This document shows positions 10,305-19,778 of a DNA stretch of 64,000 bases, one piece after another. The DNA is from an uncultured virus (IMG/VR IMGVR_UViG_3300030376_006489) (Duplodnaviria; Heunggongvirae; Uroviricota; Caudoviricetes). Position 1 is the first letter of the stretch, and each line of letters starts with the position of its first letter. The notes beneath the pieces were generated by a model. That model was not told the origin of the DNA. It did no database searches and saw nothing but the letters and a program-made list of their open reading frames with translations. Location of the stretch: IMG/VR virus record IMGVR_UViG_3300030376_006489. One strand, 5' to 3'. The position numbers and the translations under genes are program-made.

Positions 10305-11861
10305 ATGAGCAAGAAAAAACAAGAAATACAAAAAATAATAGATAACAAGCAAACTTTTGCTGACTATGCTTATAAAGAATATAGATCAGAAAATTTTGGA
10401 ATGACTTCTTGCTGCGCTTCACAACTTGATAAATATTCAAGAGACAATGAACTATGTGATTGGCAAGAAGGAGAAAAAACTATTTATAATATAGATACTA
10501 CTAAATTTACAGAATGGAATTGGATGGGTTGGCTTACAGGACCTAATCCTGTAGAAGCTCCAGAATGGGTTCAAAGAAGAAGAGAAAAATATAGTCAAAG
10601 AAGATTATATGGAATGAATAGCGCATATCTTGAACATCATGAATATTCAAATGATAATATAGATCATAGTTACAATTGGGGATTTGTTGATTCAACAGCT
10701 ACAACGGCTGGTAACATGACATGTCTAATAAAAGCAAATGTTTTTGATAATGCTACAGCTGCTGTAATAAGAGGAACATCACGTGTATACGCTGTCTGTA
10801 TGAAAGATAAAACAACTGCAGCACAAATATTTAATTTTGGTGGAACCCCTAGTTTTCGTGACAACTTCATAGAACTTCTATGGAATACCCAACCACAACC
10901 CAGCGGTTGGTTTGAATGTCCAACTACTAGTTGCGGTTCTATAGCCATGAGAATTCAACGTGCTTGGTGTGAATATCTTTGGTGGAAACTTGATTGGATA
11001 ATTTTAAATCCAGGAGGAGATTTAGTTCCGGCATCAGGAGATTTAACTGTTACAATGAAAGAAAATGATGGAGGTCAAAATAAAAATGGAGCAAATAAAA
11101 ACGACTTTGTATTTTTCTTACTAGTAACAGCAGGAGCACTTCCAGGACAAATTCAAACATGTAATAATATACCAGCGTATGAACCTTTTACAGGAGTTTT
11201 TAATGGACCTAATTCAAAAATAGTATTACTTAGTGCAGGTACCGGTGCAAGTAGATTTTCAGTAAGAGTAAATGGAGATTTAGATGGTTGTCAATTTGTA
11301 CCAGGTGAAACAGGTGGTATAGGTACAGGATACGGCGCTGATTATGGTTATGCTATGTGGGAACAAAATAATGAGAGTATAATAGGTATGCAATATAATC
11401 AAAATACGGGTGTTAACATTGGAGTAAGAGCAATGGTAAGTTATGCAAATGTTGATATAACATCAGTTGGTTGGTGCTCTCCTGTTATGAATGATTGTGA
11501 TGAACTAGCTCCTAATGTATACTGCCTTGATTACAACGATCCTAATACATGTTACACAAATAGAGCAGATTATAGAACATGCGTTGATGATGCAGAATTA
11601 TTATATATAACTGTAAAAGATAAAAATGCAGTTTCTGTAAAAGATTATGATATATTCATAGATAATACACACTATGGAAAAACAAATACTTCTGGTGTTC
11701 TCATAGTTAATATAAAACATGCTAGTAAAGATACTAAGCATGTTATAAACGGATGCACATGTTTTACTACAACTGGAGGATGCAACCAACAAAAAATTGA
11801 TATAGTATTAAAAGAGGAAGTAAAACCAGTATGTACTAATTTGGCAATAGATTGCCTTTAA
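10305..11861 (+). CDS. Putative tail fibre/hub protein, paralog B
   Basis: 518 aa; collinear similarity with 8960..10294 and identical C-terminus CTNLAIDCL. Confidence 0.5.
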   Translation: MSKKKQEIQKIIDNKQTFADYAYKEYRSENFGMTSCCASQLDKYSRDNELCDWQEGEKTIYNIDTTKFTEWNWMGWLTGPNPVEAPEWVQRRREKYSQRRLYGMNSAYLEHHEYSNDNIDHSYNWGFVDSTATTAGNMTCLIKANVFDNATAAVIRGTSRVYAVCMKDKTTAAQIFNFGGTPSFRDNFIELLWNTQPQPSGWFECPTTSCGSIAMRIQRAWCEYLWWKLDWIILNPGGDLVPASGDLTVTMKENDGGQNKNGANKNDFVFFLLVTAGALPGQIQTCNNIPAYEPFTGVFNGPNSKIVLLSAGTGASRFSVRVNGDLDGCQFVPGETGGIGTGYGADYGYAMWEQNNESIIGMQYNQNTGVNIGVRAMVSYANVDITSVGWCSPVMNDCDELAPNVYCLDYNDPNTCYTNRADYRTCVDDAELLYITVKDKNAVSVKDYDIFIDNTHYGKTNTSGVLIVNIKHASKDTKHVINGCTCFTTTGGCNQQKIDIVLKEEVKPVCTNLAIDCL

Positions 11862-11892
11862 TAAGATAACAACTTGGTTGTTTATTAATAAA

Positions 11893-11904
11893 TTTGTATA
11901 TTAT
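11893..11904 (+). promoter_or_regulatory. Candidate late promoter motif TTTGTATATTAT
   Basis: Exact copy, upstream of the 1245-aa fibre gene. Confidence 0.6.
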
Positions 11905-11947
11905 TATGTATACATGTATTAATGTACAACTGTAATAATAGAATTAT

Positions 11948-14900
11948 ATGATACCTAATAATCAGACTAATACAAATGGATGTGTTCCAACATCATCAAA
12001 TTGTGTAATATGGCAAGGTCCAAATCTGGATTGCATTAATATATGTAATGGTGATAATATAAGTACTGTAATAGCATTATTAGCAGAAGAAATAGGATGT
12101 ACAGCTACAAATGCAAGAAGTGCTATTGCTTCAGGAAGCACTAGATCAGGAGGAACACCTGCAGCATCAATTGATATAAATTCTCTTGTTCAAAAATGTC
12201 TTGCAACAGACAATGGACGTAATGCAGAAAACGTTCAAGAATTATTACAATGGATAATAGATAAAATATGTGATGATTCTACAACAGGATCTGCTAGATC
12301 AGGAGGAAGTCAAAATCCTTGTGAGTTTGCAACATCATGTTCTTTACCATTACCAGAATGTACACAATATGAAATAGGAGGAACTATTGGTAATAACGGC
12401 AATAGAGTAGGAGGTACATTAGTAACAGATGAAGTATTATATGATCCTTCTACTAATTCAGGATGGATAATTACAGTTGGTAATTACATTTGTGGTTTAT
12501 GGGGAGCAATTCAAACAATCAATTCAAGATTAGACAATCATGATGTAAGAATAAAAAACTTAGAAGATAACTTAGGAGGAACAAGAATAGGAGGAACATC
12601 AACAGTAACAACAAGAACAGTTGATGCTAACGGTAATCCAGTAAACAGAACAGGAACTGAATCAAGAAAAACTATAGTAAATAAAACGGGAGTAGAAGAA
12701 GTAGTTGCTAAATATCTTAGAAATGGTCAAGTAACATCAGGGTCATTAGCATTAACAATTGAAAAAGAATTATTTAATTTACGTGCAGCTACGGGTACAG
12801 GAACCCAAATAAGAAAAGCAATACAATATCAACAACAAGGTTTAGGAGCAATGAATAGACTAAATGGAGTTGGTACAATGGTTACAGCAAATGGATGGAG
12901 TATATCTGCTAGAACTCTTGCAGACTCAGTTCAAAATTTATGGATAACAACAAACGATATTAGAACAGCTGTTTCTAATTTACAAGATTTAACAACACCC
13001 TCAGCATGTTCAGATATAACATTTGATGTTAAAGCAACTATTTCACATACAATTTCTGGATCATTTGACTCTTTAAATTTAGATTTTCAACAAACAATTA
13101 TACCAGTAGGATGGAGAGATTGTGGTAAAGGTGGCAAAACTGTAATTACAGTTACAGACTCTTCATTAAATAGCCGAACATATCATGCTGATGTAGCAGG
13201 CACATACGCAAATGCATCAAATCCTTATAAAATATCAAATCTTGATAATATAGATTTAACAAGTAATTTAGCAGTAAAAGTAGATTTTTGTGTTAGCAAT
13301 GATCAAAGTCAATGTGGAGAAACAATTAGTGTTACTGCTCAAAATTCATCTCCATGTCCTCGTTTACAAAGTTCATCATCTACATTTGAAAGAATAAATT
13401 TCACATATAGCGGTGTAGCATTAAAGGCAGGTAAAGAAGCTATGATCTCAGTTAACTTATTGAATTCAACAGGATCAATAGTTCAAACTAGAACATTTAC
13501 AAGTTGGGCAAGTTCAGTTACTGGAAACTTTACAGGATTAAATGCTGGAACAGCATATCAATTACAACTTGAACAAAAAACAACAACAGGTGTTATTAGC
13601 ACTTGTCCTCCAAATATAATAAACACAAGTAGACCGGATTGTACACAAACGCATGTATTAAGTCCTAATTTTTCTGTAACTGCAGGAGATCAAGGAGCAG
13701 GTTCAAATTCTATGGAAATTGCACAATGGAATGATGGTTCTACTATATCATTATGGACAGCAACTTTTGATAGCTCTAATGCACCTATTATAATTAAAAC
13801 AAATCCTACTACAGTTCCAGCTACACCTTGGTCACATCAAGGAGATTTTATATCTGACAATCCAACAACAGCAATGACTTGTGGTGAAAAAACGTTTACT
13901 GCTACAGGAATGAGAACTAATATGGCAGGGGTTGGTGATGATATGAGCGGTTGGAAATATATAGGAGCTTTAACTGATCCAGGAACAAATGTATATTATG
14001 TATACGCACTTGTTAATTCTGAAACACATAGTGTAACAGAAGTAGTATTTTGTTGTGATTGTAAACAAACAACAATTGCTCTTGACAGTCATTATGGAGT
14101 ATTTTATTGTGTTACAGGTAAATCTACACAAGTTAAAATTAATGTTGTAGGAGATACAAGTCAATCTACAATTACACCTATATGGTCAATAGTAAATCAA
14201 CCTATAGAAGGAACTGTAATATATGATCCGGCAAGTACTACATCAAACCAAGGGGTATTTAACTATAACCATAACGGTAAAGTATGGACTGCAGATTCAT
14301 TTACTGTTAAGTATACAGGATCATGTGGAAGTACAGAAATACTAACTGTACCAATAATAAAAGCACAACCTTTAGATTATAATGATGAAGATATTGTAGT
14401 TTTTGTAGATACAACTGTTTATTCAGCTGCTGAAGCAGATGGAATAAAAGCAACATTTAATGATATTAAAACAACATTAGCTGGTAATTGTAATTGGACA
14501 GGAAGTTTATATTTTGTTTCATTGGCAGCAGGTGCTTCAGCTAATCATAAAGAACCTGGTGATTATATAAAACATTCAAGATCATTAATTGATAGTCATA
14601 ATGGAGCAACTACACAAAGTATTACTCTTAATACAACGGGATCATGGAGTAGTTGGAACGATATACCTTGGTGGTGGGGAACAGGACATGGAGCTTGGAA
14701 AGCTTCAATTAGTGTATTCTCTTTTGTAGGTCAAGGTGATTCAAACGGAAACTATGGTGAAGCAACTTTAGCAGCAGGATGGGGATCTGGTGCTACAAAG
14801 CAACCAACAGGGTCACTGCAAGCAAATGTAACTAATTCACATTATAAAGAAGATATAGATGCACACATGGACATGTTCTCATCATCTACACCTAAATCTA

Positions 14901-15685
14901 AATGGGCAACAGATGAAACAACGTCTAAAGAATGGAAAGCTGGTTCTATACCATTTATTTTAAAACAATTTATAATTAATAAAAATAATACTACTGTAGG
15001 AGAATCTGCTGCAAATGTTTTACAATTAATGAGTGCGGTATCTACCAACACTGGATTTATAAAAGCTAGAAGTTTCTACGGTTATAAACCAGGAAATATT
15101 AATTATCCAGTAGATGTATCAGCATATTTATTAGATGGAACTGCTACAACTCCTAATCCATATAACACTAACTCTACAGCAGGTGTTCAAATAAAAGGAT
15201 TAGAAAACTTTAATGTAGTACCACATTTATATTTTGATGCAGGAAATAATGGAGGAGGATCTGCAGATTGGGGGACAACTAATACAGAAATTAAAAAAGC
15301 TTTCTTAGGAATGATGGGTAAAGAAGAAGGAACTCTTACAAATTGTCCAACAGGTCCATCAGCTCCAAAAATGGGAATGTCTTTTGCATTTAGAGCAGTT
15401 ACATCACCGGTTGATACTGCAGGAGATCAAGCAGCAACATGCTTACTATCACAAACTTCTGGAAACTGTACCACTGTAATATGGAATGCTACAGGAGGCC
15501 TGTTTGATGCAGATGTTAAAGCTTATACATCACAATCTGGAGCAACATTGGCTCAATCAGAATATGAGTTACCTGCAGGATATTATGCACAATGTCCATA
15601 TGATAGTGGTGTAAGTCAAGTAGCTGAATATGTTCCATCAGGTGGAGCAGGAAACTATTGGAGAAATAAAACAGATTGTGCTTAA
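11948..15685 (+). CDS. Tail fibre / receptor-binding protein
   Basis: 1245 aa, T/S/G/C-rich; N-terminal SSNCVIWQG..CNGD motif, short coiled coil (INSRLDNHDVRIKNLE), FN3-like segment (FTGLNAGTAYQL), cadherin/Big-like segment (QPIEGTV...DSFTVKY). Confidence 0.65.
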   Translation: MIPNNQTNTNGCVPTSSNCVIWQGPNLDCINICNGDNISTVIALLAEEIGCTATNARSAIASGSTRSGGTPAASIDINSLVQKCLATDNGRNAENVQELLQWIIDKICDDSTTGSARSGGSQNPCEFATSCSLPLPECTQYEIGGTIGNNGNRVGGTLVTDEVLYDPSTNSGWIITVGNYICGLWGAIQTINSRLDNHDVRIKNLEDNLGGTRIGGTSTVTTRTVDANGNPVNRTGTESRKTIVNKTGVEEVVAKYLRNGQVTSGSLALTIEKELFNLRAATGTGTQIRKAIQYQQQGLGAMNRLNGVGTMVTANGWSISARTLADSVQNLWITTNDIRTAVSNLQDLTTPSACSDITFDVKATISHTISGSFDSLNLDFQQTIIPVGWRDCGKGGKTVITVTDSSLNSRTYHADVAGTYANASNPYKISNLDNIDLTSNLAVKVDFCVSNDQSQCGETISVTAQNSSPCPRLQSSSSTFERINFTYSGVALKAGKEAMISVNLLNSTGSIVQTRTFTSWASSVTGNFTGLNAGTAYQLQLEQKTTTGVISTCPPNIINTSRPDCTQTHVLSPNFSVTAGDQGAGSNSMEIAQWNDGSTISLWTATFDSSNAPIIIKTNPTTVPATPWSHQGDFISDNPTTAMTCGEKTFTATGMRTNMAGVGDDMSGWKYIGALTDPGTNVYYVYALVNSETHSVTEVVFCCDCKQTTIALDSHYGVFYCVTGKSTQVKINVVGDTSQSTITPIWSIVNQPIEGTVIYDPASTTSNQGVFNYNHNGKVWTADSFTVKYTGSCGSTEILTVPIIKAQPLDYNDEDIVVFVDTTVYSAAEADGIKATFNDIKTTLAGNCNWTGSLYFVSLAAGASANHKEPGDYIKHSRSLIDSHNGATTQSITLNTTGSWSSWNDIPWWWGTGHGAWKASISVFSFVGQGDSNGNYGEATLAAGWGSGATKQPTGSLQANVTNSHYKEDIDAHMDMFSSSTPKSKWATDETTSKEWKAGSIPFILKQFIINKNNTTVGESAANVLQLMSAVSTNTGFIKARSFYGYKPGNINYPVDVSAYLLDGTATTPNPYNTNSTAGVQIKGLENFNVVPHLYFDAGNNGGGSADWGTTNTEIKKAFLGMMGKEEGTLTNCPTGPSAPKMGMSFAFRAVTSPVDTAGDQAATCLLSQTSGNCTTVIWNATGGLFDADVKAYTSQSGATLAQSEYELPAGYYAQCPYDSGVSQVAEYVPSGGAGNYWRNKTDCA

Positions 15686-15710
15686 TGTTTAATAATTAAA
15701 AAATAAAAAA

Positions 15711-16286
15711 ATGGCTTGTAGTTTATGCGGAAGTACTAATTCATCACCATGTGCGTGTCAAGATCACGGATTGACCACACCATGCACATTTCATGATTGC
15801 ACAACAGGATCAGCAGGCAGAGGGTGGCCTGAATTTTGTGCTGATACATATTGTGTTAATTGTATCACACATTGTAGAAATAGTTTTCAAGCACCTAATG
15901 GAGCTGATCAATATTTATATGCCAACAGAGGTGAAAAATTAGATATGATACTTCAAAGAATGTTTCTTTTTGCAACACAACCTACATGTTTTAATCTTTC
16001 TATTCCACTTTTATTTCACCTTGAAGAAGCAACAACTTCAACAACAGTTACTTTAAGATGGGATGGCGTACCATCTGGTGTTACAGCTATTGATGTTCAA
16101 TATGCAACAGTTAATTCTGCAGCATGGACTACGGATACTACATCAGATTTAACACCTGCTACATTAGAATGGACTGTAGGAAATAATACAGCTTTAATAC
16201 CCAATACAGCTTATAAATTTAGATTAGTTAGTAATAACGGTGCATGTACTTCAGTAGAATTACTTGTACAAACTTTAAATCAGTAA
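15711..16286 (+). CDS. Small Cys-rich fibre-associated protein with FN3-like domain
   Basis: Cys/His-rich N-terminus; C-terminal TSTTVTLRWD...LIPNTAYKFRL matches the FN3 pattern. Confidence 0.6.
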   Translation: MACSLCGSTNSSPCACQDHGLTTPCTFHDCTTGSAGRGWPEFCADTYCVNCITHCRNSFQAPNGADQYLYANRGEKLDMILQRMFLFATQPTCFNLSIPLLFHLEEATTSTTVTLRWDGVPSGVTAIDVQYATVNSAAWTTDTTSDLTPATLEWTVGNNTALIPNTAYKFRLVSNNGACTSVELLVQTLNQ

Positions 16287-16330
16287 AACGAGAAGTAGAG
16301 ATTTTTGTTGGTTTTAACTCTACCATCGTG

Positions 16331-16363
16331 GAAAGCCCGGAATTCTCTGGGCTTTCTTTTTTT
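16331..16363 (+). terminator. Intrinsic terminator
   Basis: GAAAGCCC-ggaattctct-GGGCTTTC followed by a T-run. Confidence 0.85.
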
Positions 16364-16371
16364 ATATATTT

Positions 16372-16383
16372 TTTGTATATTGC
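16372..16383 (+). promoter_or_regulatory. Variant promoter motif TTTGTATATTGC
   Basis: Variant of the recurring motif; also resembles the Bacteroidota sigma-A -7 element TAnnTTTG. Confidence 0.5.
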
Positions 16384-16410
16384 CAACAATTTAATTAAAA
16401 TACTATAATA

Positions 16411-17619
16411 ATGTCTTTAAAAGAAAAAATTAAAAACGCACTTAAATGGAAAAAAACATCAGAATATTGCGCAGAAAGATTAGGTATAACAGAAGAAGAG
16501 TTTGATAAAATAAAAAAAGAAATTCAATCAGAAGGAAGAGAAAAAAGAAAAGAAGAAAAAGAAATGAGTTATGCAACGGAAGATTGCACATCTTCATATG
16601 ATATAGAAAGTGGACAAGGGAAGATTACAGGAATATCTCAAACAGAACCTAAATCCCCAGAAGAAATTATAAAAATATTAAATATTGATGTAACACAATG
16701 GAAGTTGTCTCAATATTGGAATAAACAAATGTCAGATCATTGGCGTATATCAGCTTTAATCACAAAGCTTAAAAATGATGATACTGCTCATATAGAACAA
16801 TTACTTGAAAACTGGAAACCAAAAAAATTCTCTCCAGTTAAAAGAATTAAAAGTGAAGGTAAAAAAGATGTATGTGCTGTATTATCATTACAAGACATTC
16901 ACTTTGGTAAACAGGGTAATGAAACTATAGACAAAGACTTTGAGGAAACTATTATGGATCTTGTAGAAAGAGCACATGCTAGTCATAATCTTAAAAAAAT
17001 ATATTATGTAGTAGGAGGAGATCTAATGAATATGGACAGTTGGGCTGGTACCACTACTAGCGGTACACCATTAGATAATTGCTCTACTGCTACTGAAGCG
17101 TACACACAAGCATTTGATGCAATATATTGGAGTATTAACTTTATAAAACAATATTGTGATGACTTACAAGTTGTATATATACCAGGTAACCATGATAGAT
17201 TATCTTCATTTCATTTAACACACGCTTTATCTAGAGCTATAGATGATCCTAATATACTTTGGGATGTTACATATCTTGAAAGAAAAGTATATACGTGGGG
17301 TGATAACTTTTTTGCTTTTGAACATGGAGATGTAAATACTAAAAATTCACTTTTACTTTATGCTACAGAGTTTCCTCAACAATGGGGGATAACTAAAAAC
17401 AGAACTTTATTTACAGGTCACTTACATCATAAAAAGAAAGTAGAATATATTACTACAAATGAACGTACAGGCTTCATGTTAAAAATACTTCCAAGTCTTT
17501 CTAGAACAGATTATTGGCATTATCATAATAAATTTGTAGGATCTAAAAGATCAGGTGTAATTGAATTACATGATTATAATAAAGGAAACATATGTGAACT
17601 AACTTATTCACCAGATTAA
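16411..17619 (+). CDS. Calcineurin-like metallophosphoesterase with N-terminal HTH-like segment
   Basis: All five metallophosphoesterase motifs in order: DIHFG, GGDLMN, GNHD, EHGD, GHLHH; N-terminal CAERLGITEEEF. Confidence 0.85.
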   Translation: MSLKEKIKNALKWKKTSEYCAERLGITEEEFDKIKKEIQSEGREKRKEEKEMSYATEDCTSSYDIESGQGKITGISQTEPKSPEEIIKILNIDVTQWKLSQYWNKQMSDHWRISALITKLKNDDTAHIEQLLENWKPKKFSPVKRIKSEGKKDVCAVLSLQDIHFGKQGNETIDKDFEETIMDLVERAHASHNLKKIYYVVGGDLMNMDSWAGTTTSGTPLDNCSTATEAYTQAFDAIYWSINFIKQYCDDLQVVYIPGNHDRLSSFHLTHALSRAIDDPNILWDVTYLERKVYTWGDNFFAFEHGDVNTKNSLLLYATEFPQQWGITKNRTLFTGHLHHKKKVEYITTNERTGFMLKILPSLSRTDYWHYHNKFVGSKRSGVIELHDYNKGNICELTYSPD

Positions 17620-17654
17620 TCTATACTGATTAAACTTGAATAACTCCTCTTTTT

Positions 17655-17666
17655 TTTGTAAATTAT
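17655..17666 (+). promoter_or_regulatory. Candidate late promoter motif TTTGTAAATTAT
   Basis: One-mismatch copy upstream of the IHF-like gene. Confidence 0.5.
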
Positions 17667-17681
17667 AATGTATAGTGCTAT

Positions 17682-18200
17682 ATGATAAGTAATTTTAAAC
17701 AGCCAAATTTAAATGCTCCTAGATACCGTGAAAAAGTATTAAGTATTCTAAATGCGGAAACACTTAAAGAGTTTAAGGATAAATATCCTATATATAAAAA
17801 AATAAATAATAATAAATTAAAAAAAATTATAAGATTATTTAATGAAAAAATTTGGAAAGAAGTAATAGAAAATAGAAATGGAGTAGAACTTCCTGATTCA
17901 TTAGGTTATTTATTTATAGGAACATGTCCCGCAGCAAAGAGTGTTAATACAAATTACGCACTATCAAAACAGTATGGAAAAGTTTTACAGAATAAAAACT
18001 GGGAAACTGATGGTAAAGTAGCTAAGATATTTTATACTAACTATTCTACCAAGTACCGTTTTAGAAATAGAGAGTTATGGCAATTTAAAGCTATTAGACA
18101 GTTTAAAAGATCCGTAGCTAAAAATTACCCTAAGAAATGGACAAAGTATATTGTAATGGGTAATAAAAAAAGAGTTGCAGAAATGTATAAAAATAAATAA
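17682..18200 (+). CDS. IHF/HU-like DNA-binding protein
   Basis: Very basic 172 aa; helix followed by 'GVELPDSLGYLFI' resembles the HU/IHF V.L.gfG.F motif; crAss-like phages carry an IHF-like gene just before the tail-tube genes. Confidence 0.6.
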   Translation: MISNFKQPNLNAPRYREKVLSILNAETLKEFKDKYPIYKKINNNKLKKIIRLFNEKIWKEVIENRNGVELPDSLGYLFIGTCPAAKSVNTNYALSKQYGKVLQNKNWETDGKVAKIFYTNYSTKYRFRNRELWQFKAIRQFKRSVAKNYPKKWTKYIVMGNKKRVAEMYKNK

Positions 18201-18202
18201 CT

Positions 18203-18874
18203 ATGACAACAATAGGAGATGTAGTTTCAAGAATTAGACAAGTAGTAAAAGCAGAAGTTCAAGATGCTTTTGTAACAGATAGAATGATCTACAGTTTAGT
18301 TTCAAAGTTTGCAAAAACTTTAATGAAAAGACAAGACCATACTAATAAATTAATGAAGTTTAATAGTGTTTGGCAATCTTTACCTTTTGTAGAATTAATT
18401 GAAATTGATAAAGTAGAAGCTAAATGTAGCGGTATTCAAAGTGGTTGTACCATTATGAGAACCAAAGAAAAATTACCTGTATTTCTAGAAGGATATTGGG
18501 GACCTCTTATTAGAACGGTTTCAAGCATAGATGGATCTGTAGAAATGCAACCAACAATGCCTGGCACATACACATCAATGACAAAAACAACATCTTTTAA
18601 ATACAACAATACAAAATACTATTGGTGGTTAAACGATTACATGTATATTCCAAATGCAGATTGGGAAGCTATTAAAGTTGAAGGAATATTTGAAGGGGAT
18701 ATATCAGAATGGAATTGTGATCCTGGAGATGACTGTAGACCAAGACATCTTCAACAAACATTTATTCCAGAGTTTTTGTTTTCAGAAATAGAACAACAAG
18801 TTATTCAACAATTTGCAATCACTGCAAAAATTCCACAAGATGATGCAGATAATAAAATAAACTTATTAAGATAA
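18203..18874 (+). CDS. Tail ring/adaptor protein
   Basis: 223 aa; N-terminal helices, YYWWLNDYMYI, IKVEGIFE, C-terminal 'PQDDADN'; lies before the tail tubular and stabilisation genes. Confidence 0.6.
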   Translation: MTTIGDVVSRIRQVVKAEVQDAFVTDRMIYSLVSKFAKTLMKRQDHTNKLMKFNSVWQSLPFVELIEIDKVEAKCSGIQSGCTIMRTKEKLPVFLEGYWGPLIRTVSSIDGSVEMQPTMPGTYTSMTKTTSFKYNNTKYYWWLNDYMYIPNADWEAIKVEGIFEGDISEWNCDPGDDCRPRHLQQTFIPEFLFSEIEQQVIQQFAITAKIPQDDADNKINLLR

Positions 18875-19767
18875 TGGCAATATCAACTAAATATAGGACA
18901 TTTAATCAATTACTAGAAGATGTAACTGTTGATTTTTCTAATTTTGCATTAGAAGGTCACGTTGAACCACAACAACTAATTAAAGTTGCACAAAGAGTTA
19001 ATTATGATTTAGGATTAAGAATTCATAGAACAAGAGAACAAGTATTAGATATTGAACATTCTAAATGTGCAATGCCTACAGATTTTAAATATTTAAATTA
19101 TGCTTTTGTTTGTGGAGACTGGAAAGTTAATAATACAATGCCATCAGGAACAACAGTGGATACTACACAAACTAAATATGTTCCATCTCCTGATGATACA
19201 GGACCATGCGGAGATCCAACATGTCAAGATGTTTGTGTTGTTACAACATGTGAAAATACAAGCAATGAAAGTCAATACATGGTTATACAATATGTAGGCG
19301 CATCACAATGGAGAACATTTTCAGAATTTTTTCCATTAAGAATATCAGATACTTCTAGAGTATTATGTGATTCAGATTGTCCTAATATTAACATACAAGC
19401 AATAAATATTGCAGAAATAAAAGATAATTATTTATTAACAAACTTTAAAACAGGAAAAGTTTACATCAATTATCAAGCGGATATGGAGGATGAAAAAGGA
19501 AATTTATTAGTAATTGATCAACCATACTGTAATGAATATTATGAGTACGCCTTAAAACAAAGAATATTAGAGAATATGATATTTTCCGGAGAAAAGGTAG
19601 GACAACAATTACAACTTATTGAAGCTAGACTTAGAGCTGCTAGAAATAACGCTTTAAGTTTTGTCAATACTCCTGACTTTGAAGAAATGAGAAAAATATG
19701 GGAAGTAAATAGAAAAGCTCAACGTAGTAATTATTATGATATGTTCAAAAGCATACCAACAAGATAA
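18874..19767 (+). CDS. Tail tubular (P22 gp4-like) ring protein
   Basis: 297 aa; MPTDF, NFKTGKVYINY, DEKGNLLVID, YYEYALK; coupled to the previous gene by TAATG overlap; directly precedes the stabilisation protein. Confidence 0.65.
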   Translation: MAISTKYRTFNQLLEDVTVDFSNFALEGHVEPQQLIKVAQRVNYDLGLRIHRTREQVLDIEHSKCAMPTDFKYLNYAFVCGDWKVNNTMPSGTTVDTTQTKYVPSPDDTGPCGDPTCQDVCVVTTCENTSNESQYMVIQYVGASQWRTFSEFFPLRISDTSRVLCDSDCPNINIQAINIAEIKDNYLLTNFKTGKVYINYQADMEDEKGNLLVIDQPYCNEYYEYALKQRILENMIFSGEKVGQQLQLIEARLRAARNNALSFVNTPDFEEMRKIWEVNRKAQRSNYYDMFKSIPTR

Positions 19768-19778
19768 AAATTTGAGAG

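Noticed and set aside
10140..11861. Similar 3' ends of the paralogous tail genes as a possible DGR template/variable repeat pair
   Set aside because: Both copies are coding, differences are largely synonymous and not adenine-specific, and no reverse transcriptase is present in the window.
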